64,000 nt of DNA from Callorhinchus milii (Eukaryota), in assembly GCF_018977255.1 (NCBI RefSeq), contig NW_024704751.1, forward strand, positions 4,216,001 to 4,280,000, in the 5' to 3' direction. The stretch's first letter is position 1. Every line of letters begins with the position of its first letter. Under the pieces are notes generated by a model. That model worked only from the letters and a program-made list of their open reading frames with translations, did not search any database and was not told the origin of the DNA. The position numbers were made by a program, and so were the translations under genes. Of this stretch, positions 25,059 through 34,822 are shown piece by piece.

Positions 25059-28000
25059 TTAGTACGGCTTCTTCTGTTGAAAAGAGAATAAATAATACAT
25101 GGAGCATTATTTTGAGTTTCTGTTCAGAAAGAAATCATATTGAAACGTCTCACCGTCTCGTCTGCGGGTAATTACCTCTGAGTAAAGTGACTGTTGCGTG
25201 GGCAAGCTTAAATAAATAACATAATAATCCCTGATAATAAAAATCCTAAAAGTAATCTGAAACACAACTGAAACCGTTTCACAGGCACAGGTTTGGACCT
25301 GTTTTAACGTCTCATCCATAGCACAGACAATGAGACACTCCCACCAGCGCTGCACCGGAGTAACAGCCAAGATTACATTTCACCACGAGAATGGTTGGGG
25401 AAGACACTGTTCCGGGTTGTTTGGGATTCCACCAATGATCCATCACTGTGATTACAGACACGTGTGAGCGATAAGCGCTTACTGACCTACACAAGTATCA
25501 CGAGATAGGTGAGTAAAGTGAAAAAGGGCTTTCGTTTTTACCTTGTTTCTTTCCCAGCCTGCGAAGGAAAAAGATAAAGAGAATCGTCAAAAGTTCATAT
25601 CAGCGCAATTGCGTCCTGCGGTAAGTGGAAGGTCACGATGCACTGTCCTGGTACTGGTACACCTTACCGGCACAGACACGATGGGCCGAATGGCCTCCTT
25701 CTGTGCTGTATAATTCTATGACTCTATGATCTTTTCATTCACGGCGCGGTGCAGGTGAAGTTGCTTTAGCCGGCCGTGATCCTTAGTGGGACGCTGTCTC
25801 CAAGTCATTTGCTGCAACATATGTATTCGAGTTTGTGGCTAGGAACTTTTAAGGTAAGTTTTTTCCCATCCAAATAAAACGGTGGTTAAGTCTGGAAGTT
25901 TCCATATTTTCGAGAAATTGCCTATTTCCTCTCGTTCTGGACGTGCAACAAAACAGCTGCTGTAGTAAATGGCGGAAAACTGAGTTGATGCTAAGCCTTC
26001 AAAACAGGCCACAACACGGCGAGTCCAGATCAAGGCTAATTATCAATGTGAAACCATAGAAATTTACAGCACAGAACAGCGACCATTTGACCCAGTGATG
26101 ATTCTCTGTAAGATCTACCTGTTCAGTCCAATTCTCATGCCTTTCCCACATCCTTTCATGTTTCTCTTTTGCAGGTGCTTATCTAAGTCCCTCTTTAAAG
26201 CTACCAGTGATTCACCTGAAACCTCACAACCTAACCACTCTTTGTGTTAAAAAATATCCTTCTAACCTCTCCCTTTCCTCTTTTCACCTAAATCTCTGGC
26301 TTCCGATTCACCGACCAGGGGAAATAATTTCTCCCTGTTTATTTCATCCCAATCTTGCTCCAATCTTATCTATGTGCCGATCGATACTCACTTTTGCTCA
26401 AGTAGCACAACAGGCCGATGAGGACAGCTAAGAGGACGATGACGCAGAACCCGATGAGAAAAACTGCTAAGCCTGGAGGTTGAGCTGTAACGTTTAATGG
26501 CAAATTGTCAACAACGGCGAATTAAGATAAATGTTTTCCAAATGCAAGGCTTATTATTCACTTTAATAACTGCACGCTTTTAAAATGGGATGTACGCAAT
26601 AAGAATATCAATAATAACCCTCGCTTTTCATGCGTCAAAGTGCTTCGCAGGATTTACTCTAAAGTGCAGTGACTGGGTAATACGTAGGTGACCAATCATC
26701 TGAACGAGACCATTTAAATCGCAATCGTTCTCTGGGGGTTATTTCTGCTCCATTCACCTTTAATGAGAACTACTCATGAAATGGACATTAAAAGAAGTGG
26801 AAAACTTTCTGCCATGTGAATAGCTGCCAGGAGCGGAAACACTGGGCTGATTTTCTACACCACATCCCAAACGGAGCTGAAGCCAACTGTAGTCGAACAA
26901 TGTGTAACTGGGCTCTCCTGCCTGTGTGACTTGTGCTGCACCTGGAGGTGCCTTTATTCACTGCAGAGTAAGAGGATCTTCCCACAAGATTTTCAGCGTC
27001 CCGTGAGGGGGAGGGGGGAAGGGGACATTAATGTTTCAAATAAAATTTCGTCACCTCCAATAATGCTGCAGTGACTGCAGTGTCTGCGTGGATTACCGGT
27101 GCGGCACTTATACTAATCCTTATGCTCGGGATAACATCCTTCGTCCCAGAGCGCTTCGCACAGGACAGACCGTAAAGTGCAGTGACCGCAGTGCCGGAAC
27201 CCGTGCGTTTTGTGGGCAATTTGAGCTCCGCAGCCGTGGAGTCAAAGGCTCGGGTTTTGAGATTTGAGATTCGATCAAACTATTGATCGAAAAAAAATAG
27301 CATCAACACTCCCTCCGCTTCCTGAGCCTGGAGCTGTTTATTATACATTTCTAATGACTCACAAACTTCACCTCTCTATTTCACCATCCCACCACACCAC
27401 ACTCCACCCCACCCCACCCCACCACACCCACCCCACCACACCCCACTCCATCCCACCCCACCCCAACATACCCCATCATATCCACCCAGCCATATCCCAC
27501 CACAACATACCACACCCCACCTGTGCCGGTTGCTTACGTTTCACTTTGACGGAGACCGAGCGTTTGATGGTTTTCGTGAGGCTGAGGTGGTCGACGCGAC
27601 ACGTGTACAGAGCCCCGCTGTCCTTGAGCGACGCACGGAACCTCAGGAAGCTGGTCAGGTTGAAGGTGCCGTCCGCGTTCCTCTTGTGGGGCGAGAAGAC
27701 CACGTTGTCCAGGTAATCGGGCAGCGTGCGTTGCCCTTCCCACTGCCGCAGCCACCTCACAGACACATCCAGAGGGTAGTAACGGGCCATCTCGCACGTC
27801 AGCTTCTGCTCCTCACCGGCCATCAGCTCGAGCGGCTCGGTGTTCATCTGCACGATGGGCGACTCTGCCGGGAAACCGTTGAGAGGGTTCGTTTTTATTT
27901 TGTAAGGTTTATTTTCTAACCGCTACTCCAAAATGAACCTTACGTTTGACAGGCCATCGATTGACTCGCCCGCTACGTGTTTTTCGTGTTGGTGACTAAT

Positions 28001-31000
28001 ACTCCGTGTTTTCGAACACCCCCTACACCCTCCACCCTCCTGATCCCAGCCACCAGTTTGGGTGTGGATCCTGACTGTCTAGCGCCTTGGGACGTCCTTT
28101 TGACGTGGAATGCGATGTGTAAGTGTAACTTGTTGTTGTTGTAGGTAGGCAAGAGCCAACTCTTAAATTGTTTTAAGGCAGGTTATCTTACCCATGATCT
28201 CCAAGAGGACGATGCTCATGCCGAAGAGCGGGGGGACGTAGACGGAGCAGATGTAGGTGCCCTCGTCTTTGACGGCCAAGTTCTGGATGCGGATCGAAGC
28301 GTTCCCGTTCCTGATCTGCTCCTCGAAGGCCACGACCCCCTTCTCCAGGTGCTCGACCTGGCGGTGTCGCCCGTTGTAGGAGAACAGCTTTGTCTTCTTT
28401 CTCTCGTGCTCGTGCCGCCATTCTATGATGACGTCGGCGTTGTGGTCAATATTGTAGCTGCAGTCCAGCACCACGTCTTGCTTGAGCTTGGCTCGGATCA
28501 ACGGGGTGCTTGTGCGGACAATGTAGACCACTGGCGGGTTCAAAAAAAGAGCAATGGGCGTCTTCCAACGTAAGTGGGATTGAAAACATTCTCGCTGCTT
28601 CATCGTGGGGCTCAGATATAATAATAATAATCCTTGCATTTGATACAGAACCTTATCACGTCTTCGAGACGTCTCAAAGCGCTTCACAGAATGTACTGCA
28701 AAGCGAATTGACTGTATATTTTGTGGGCCAAACGCGGCAGCCGATTGCGCACAGCCGCGTCCCCACAAACAGTCGTGGATTGAAGTGAACAAATTATTAT
28801 TTTCTTATGATATACTTTTTTTTCAAAAATATACAATTACTTCTCTTAAACTCATCGCCACGCATCGGCGTCTCGTAGCATTGCGGTCAGCGCACTCGCC
28901 TCGCAAGATAAATTTGTGGAGTCCTGTAGCTCAGTGGTTGAGCACTCGCTTTGCAAGCTAGAGACCTGAGTTCAATTCCAGGCAGAGGGCGAAACCTTGG
29001 GCAAGTTTCCTTACTCCACACAGAGCCTAATAATAATCCCTCCAAAACCAAAACAATAATAAATTGGTCATTTTCAATCCATGACTGTTTGTGGGACATT
29101 GCTGTGCGCAATTGGCTGCCGCGTTCGCCCACAAATATACAGTCAATTCACTTTACAGTGTGTTCTGTGAAGCGCTTTGGGACGTCCTCCCGACGTGAAA
29201 AGCGCTATATCAAATGCAAGGATTATTATTATTATTATAGAGGACCCTGGTTCGATCCCCGGGCAGAGCAAAACCTTAGGTAAGTTTCCTTACTCCACAC
29301 GCCTCTGTTTGCCTAGCGGTAAGTAGGAACCAGGTTGTTAGTTGACTGGCAGATCGCATTTCTGGGGCTAATAATCCCTTTTAAAAAAAGTATTTAAAAA
29401 ATAATAATAATTGGTCACTCAATCCACTGCTGTTTGTGTGACACTGCTGCGCGCAATTGGCTGCCGCGTTTCACCCACACAATACGCAGTGAATCTCTAC
29501 TTTACCGTGTGTTTTGTGAAGCGCTTTGAAACGTCTCAAAGGCGTGATGAGGCGCTATACCGCCTCTTTGACCGTGCCTTCAGCTCCCCTCTCGACTCTC
29601 TTCCCCCTCCTCGCTCCCTCCCTTCCCTCCCCTCACCCTGACCATTTCCCCCCTCCTCGCTCCCTCCCTTCCCTCCCCTCACCATTTCCCCCCTCCTCGC
29701 TCCCTCCCTTCCCTCCCCTCACCCTGACCATTTCCCCCCTGCTCGGGTCATGACCCAACTGTGCAGCGCCTTGGGACGTCCTCCTGACGTGAAAGGCGCT
29801 TTATAAATGGAATCTTGTTGTTGTTGTTGTATATCAAACGCAAGGATTATTATTATCATGTCAACAACCACACCACCCCGACACCCCCCACCCACCCCCT
29901 CCGCGCGCACAAACAAATCACACATCCCTCTTGCGAGCTCCTTAGCTGCTTGTGAACATTACCTTTAACCAGCAGCGTGTCTGTGTCACCAATTGTTGAA
30001 TTCTCATCGTCCTCTTTCGTTCCATGATCAGCTGCCTGTTGGCTGTCTGGTGCTGGCACCTTCCTCAAGAAGCTGGTGGTGGTGAACTTGTCTTCGGTGT
30101 GTTTTATGGTCACTGTGAACCAGCGATTGAGTAGATCTCTATCGAGCTCCTTATCCTGCTCAGGCCACGGCACGTGAATGCCGTGAGTCGAATATCGTTT
30201 GATTTCGCAGTCCAGCTTGCTGGCTTCTCCTTCCACGTACCGGAATATGTCTAGCAAGGACTCTGCAAACACAAGGCAAAGATCCACCCGCTTATTGGAT
30301 CGACATAAGACAACCCGGATTCGCAAGGCACGGAGAGTGAGGAGGGTTCTGGACAGAACAATCTGCAGCCAAAAGCAGCCGTTTGCTGCTTTTAGTTATT
30401 ATCCCTGGAAAACGGATCGCTTTATTAAGCGGATCGCTTTCCAGGGTTAATAATGCCTCGAAAAAAAATCGGTTACTCAATCCACAACTGTTTGTGGGAC
30501 GCTGCTGTGCGCAATTGGCTGCCGTGTTTCGCCCACAAGATAGTCAATCCACTTTATATTATATTCTGTGAAGCGCTTTGAGACGTCTCTCAATGACGTG
30601 ATAATTTCATAATTATAAATTATAAAATTATAAATTATAAAACCATATCAAATGCAAGGATTATTATTAGTGTTGCAATGGGCAAGGCTTGGATTTATTA
30701 TAATAACTCGATAATATAATCATTCGATATAAACATCTTATCACGTCATCAAAGTACCTCAAAGCCCTTACTGTTAAGTGTAGTGACTCTATTTGTAGAC
30801 AAACAGTACATGTGGTTAAATACAGCGCACCAGAGGTCCTTAGGACATATTTTTTTTTAACAGAGAATATTAGTGGAGCGTGTATTTAATCCGCTGGCCG
30901 TACCTTTAACATTGAAGGTGATGGCTTTTTCTTGCTGTAAATCCTCTGCCCCCATATCGCCAAACACCAGGAAGGCCTTCCTCCGGATGATTTGTGGGGC

Positions 31001-31695
31001 AAACATAGTTCTGTCGTTGGAACTCTCTTCCATAAAGGTGCAGTCCCACTTCTCTGCCGTCCATTATGAGCACGTGCAGATCCTAAACACGGAGGAGATG
31101 CGGAGTCTTGAACAAGGCCCGAGTCAGACCACGTCCACTGGCGCGCTCATCAATAACACAACGACATATTGCCGAACACCAAACACCGAGTATATTAACA
31201 ACAATAATCCTTGCATTTGATATAGCGCCTTATCACGTCGTTCAGGCGTCTCAAAGCGTTCCGCGGAGTATTCTGTGAAGCGCTTTGAGACATCTTGAAG
31301 ACGTGATAAGGCGTTACATCAAATGCAAGGATTATTATTATATTGTACAGTGGACTGACTGCATTTTGCGGGCGAAAGCAATGTTGGATTGCTCATCTGC
31401 TATTTTTTTGGAGGGTGACCCGAGGTCCCGCCTGCCTGTTTGGGCAGGTGTTGAAGATCCCATCGTGGTAAGCGAAAAGAGGAAAGAGGAAGTAAGTTTC
31501 TCCCAGAGTCCAGGCCAACAATCCCCCGAAACAATATTGCTCATTCACTTCAGGGCTGTTTGTGGGATATTGCTGTGTGCAAACTGACTGTTGTGTTTAC
31601 CTCCCGATAGCCAGTGACCAGACTTTACAGTAAAAGCACTTTAAGATGTTTTGACAATCAGTTGTAACAACTGACAATCCTATTACCAAATGCAT

Positions 31696-31728
<33 letters not shown>

Positions 31729-32044
31729 GTGTACACTTTAATAGGGTGCATTATTGTTTGTCATCTCCTGCTCTAGTCAACTGGATTTCTTTTATATTAA
31801 AAAAAAAGAGCTGAATGCATATCAAAATCCACATTCACTTTTATTCTTGGGTGATTAAAAAAAAAGTTTGATGGGAAGCAGTTTCGTTTGTGAATTCGGA
31901 GTTGCTTGAGGCCAGCCAGCTTCAACACACAAGGATCAAAGGACAAGCTACACAAAAACAAAAACCCCAAAGGCATTGAGACTTCTGTTAGCCCTTACCT
32001 GAGCACAGGATCCACAGGTGCAGGAGCAAGGTGGCAAGAATCAT
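25059..32044 (-). CDS. TAPBPL: Tapasin-family protein of the third (TAPBPL / tapasin-like) lineage: signal peptide, N-domain, IgV, IgC1, TM, KKPY tail
   Basis: Exons 32044-31999 (MILATLLLHLWILCS), 31082 or 31053-30904 (WDCTFMEE...ITFNVK), 30262-29963 (LDCEIKRYSTHGIHVPWP...RWFTVTIKH), 28530-28192 (IgV: LDCSY..W..DEGTYICSV), 27864-27538 (IgC1: LTCEMARYYP..YTCRVDHLSL), 26484-26392 (TM), 25558-25542 (17 nt), 25073-25059 (KKPY*). Phase-1 introns separate the domains. The symbol refers to the non-mammalian TAPBPL lineage, not human TAPBPL/TAPBPR. Confidence 0.88.
26055..26350 (-). mobile_element. Degenerate CR1 3' fragment
   Basis: A catagaaatttacagcacagaa...ccatttgacc tail in reverse. Similar tails lie at about 5355-5420 (-), 13225-13370 (+) and 25670-25730 (+). 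Confidence 0.55.
27380..27520. repeat. (ccacaccc)-type low-complexity tract
   Basis: Degenerate C/A-rich repeats next to the IgC1 exon donor. Confidence 0.8.
28918..29238 (+). mobile_element. Young short SINE nested in the head of an older long SINE
   Basis: Same consensus as above. The older element's head is at about 28875-28908 and its remainder at about 29239-29560. Confidence 0.9.
29590..29740. repeat. Pyrimidine-rich tandem repeat of about 40-46 bp, three or more copies
   Basis: ccccctcctcgctccctcccttccctcccctcacc(ctgacc)attt repeated. Confidence 0.85.
30310..30670 (+). mobile_element. Long-form SINE (older, degenerate)
   Basis: Head, central segment, core and tail are recognisable. 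It sits in an intron of the tapasin-like gene. Confidence 0.7.
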
Positions 32045-32108
32045 TGTGGATCCTTATTTTCTCAGCAAAGCTGGATCCATCCACTGAACCCTGGTCGTGT
32101 CTGGCTGT

Positions 32109-32180
32109 GCTTTCAGTTTCAGGAAGTTTCTGTTTTATTAATTCGGCCTGCAGAGAGAGATAGAGAGAAACGAAACCAAT
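32109..32180 (-). promoter_or_regulatory. IRF-E/ISRE-like motifs and CCAAT box upstream of the tapasin-like ATG
   Basis: GAAACTGAAAGC on the minus strand at 32120-32109; GAAACGAAACC on the plus strand at 32167-32177, overlapping CCAAT at 32176-32180. These lie 65-135 nt upstream of the ATG at 32044. Confidence 0.5.
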
Positions 32181-32499
32181 TGTGCAACCAGACAGACATC
32201 CTACTCTGGGTGTGTGGGTGGGTAACGTTGAGTGGGGATCTTGACCTCAAAACTCATCTCAATAGTGAGCAGGGTGGGATTGAGTCAAGGAAAAACCTCC
32301 TTTATAAAATTATTAAATGATAAAAAATTATTAAATTATTATAAATTATAAAAATTATTAAAAAACTGCCTTTTATCACCACTCACTGACTGCATGAGGT
32401 TTTCTGGGACCTTTGGAATGCGCAGTTGGCAGAGAAGGTATTGGACTGAATAAGCAAAGAATGACTGTGCCAGTGCGAGTTCTACCTAAGTTAACTTTA

Positions 32500-32826
32500 A
32501 TAATAATAATAATAATAATCCTCGCATTTGATATAGCGCTTTTCACGTCGGGAGGACGTCCCAAAGCGCTTCACAGAACACACTGTAAAGTGAATTGACT
32601 GTATATTTGTGGGCGAACGCGGCAGCCAATTGCGCACAGCAATGTCCCACAAACAGTCGTAGATTGAAAACGATCAATTTATTATTGTTTTTGGTTTTTG
32701 GAGGGATTATTATTAGGCTCTGTGTGGAGTAAGGAAACTTGCCCAAGGTTTCGCCCTCTGCCTGGAATTAAACTCAGGTCTCTCACTTGCAAAGCGAGTG
32801 CTCTAACCATTGAGCTACAGGACTCC
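32500..32826 (-). mobile_element. Young short SINE, full length
   Basis: Same consensus, reverse orientation, upstream of the tapasin-like promoter. Confidence 0.9.
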
Positions 32827-34822
32827 ACTCCACTTTAACTTCAAGACGTTAACTTTGCGACATCTAAGAAGGCGTGAAAAGCACCATATCAAAGGCAAGG
32901 ATTATTTATTATAACCTGGCAGAGAATTCAAGGGTTGGCATTTTGGAAGGATTGAGATCGACCGGACTGAAGAGCTTAATAATAATAAAATAATAATACT
33001 AATCCTTGCGTTTGATGTAGCGCCTTATCACGTCTTCAAGACGTCTCAAAGCGCTTCACGGGATGTACTGTGAAGTGAATTGACGGTATATTTTGTGGGC
33101 AAAACACAGCAGCCAATTGCGCACAAGGTGTCCCACGAACAACTGTGGATTGAGTGACCAATTTATTATTATTATTAAAGTTGTTGTTGGTGTTGTTGAG
33201 CCAGCTTTCTTTATCTGAACCGATCTTTTGAACCAGCCAACGGATTAGATATTTGCCAATGTCAAGTGTCAGTGGCTTCAGGGCATTGCAGTCTATAACA
33301 AGGCATTTGTTGGTCCACCAGAATTTCGCTTGCACTAAAAATACTGACTGATACCTCCCAATGTGAAAGGCGCTATACAAATGTAAATTTGTAATGTATT
33401 TTTCTTGGAAAATGACTCAGCACTCAGCCCATCAATAATTCCTTCAAAAAAAATAATTTGGTCACTCAATCCACGACTGTTTGTGGGACACTGCTGTGTG
33501 TAATTGGCTGCTGCATTTCAGTTCAGTCTGTCTGCAATATTACAAAAGTGCAGAACTTTGCAATAAGATCTCAAAGGGTCCTTATTGACACATCAAACGA
33601 CTTTGCGTGTGTGTTTTTAAAATACTTTTGTGAACGGGAGTCTGCGCTTCAAATGAGCACTCACTTTGTACCTAAATCACAAGAGAACACAAGTTTTATT
33701 TATTGAAAATAAATATAAAACACATCGACATTTTCCTTTAAAATGACATTAAAATAATTTTAACATAATACATCAAAGAAAGGTAGTGTATAGAGTGGTT
33801 AAAATTGTTTCACATGGATTAATGTTAACTTTATTAAAAAAATTGCTCAATGCTTTAAAAATAGAAAAGGTTTTTTTTTACTAATAGATGCTTCCGGGGG
33901 AAATTCCACCTGTGTCTAGATTCACTGCATTGCGTCTTAGGCGGTCCAGAATTTGGCGAATTATTGAATATTCGGTCTCAACTTTGAAGTTTTTTTTTTG
34001 GGGGGAATTCTTTTAAAAAAACTTACAGAAAACCAGTTTCAAAATTAAGGCTGTATTGCCAGATTCTGGATGCTCTGAAATGCTACATTAAAAAGCAAAT
34101 CTAGACCAGGATGGATTTTCTCTCCACTTTATTGTTTATTCCAGCAGGTGACCACCTTTCAAACCTATTCTAAAGACACAGGATAGTAGACCCACAACTC
34201 AAATGTCCCTTCCCCTGTGAGTCAGCTGGGATTGGAAAATTAGCAGAACGCAGGATATTGTACTCTGGTTCCTCAGTGCCATAGAATTAAGCGCTAGTGC
34301 CCAATGTGAATACATACATAGCACTACTACTTTGACTGGAAGGACCTTTTAAACATTCTTCTAAAACACATTCCACATACATTCAACTGAAAATTGACGT
34401 AGATTTTGCAATATGTCCAATTAAAGCATACAAGGATTGACGCTGTAGCTCAGTAATTCCATTCAATCCAATATTCCCATGTTGAGATGTCCATTAATTG
34501 TCCTGTATGGGATATAAAACTCAGTTTGCCTTCAAGTATACATTCACTACATTTCACTGCGAAAGCCTGCAAAGTGGTTTGCGATGTCTCAACGACGTTA
34601 TAAGGTGCTGCATTAATTATTATTATTATTATTGCATTGTGAAGTAGTGATCAAACTTGTAGTTTATCGTAATGCCTGCAACTTAAAAAATAATTCTGAT
34701 GAAGTCTGTTTAGGCAATAAAAAGAGCTTCTCTCAACTTAAAACCGCTCTTCTGAGAATTTCCAGTAGCTTTAATCAAGATTAGACTTTCTTGCAAGGAG
34801 AAACTATAGAAGAAACGCATGT

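Noticed and set aside
28918-28995. tRNA-Ala(TGC)-like sequence (also at 23445-23521, 32750-32826, 35739-35815, 43151-43230, 60223-60300)
   Set aside because: A and B boxes and the anticodon stem are present, but the acceptor stem does not close and each copy continues into a SINE body. These are SINE heads, not tRNA genes.
25059-32044. Calling the gene classical tapasin (TAPBP) or TAPBPR
   Set aside because: It has no Cys95 equivalent or TM lysine and no MHC neighbours, unlike TAPBP. It has a terminal KKxx and a CEIKRYST..W..RWF N-domain pattern that fits the third lineage better than TAPBPR. A phylogeny is still needed.
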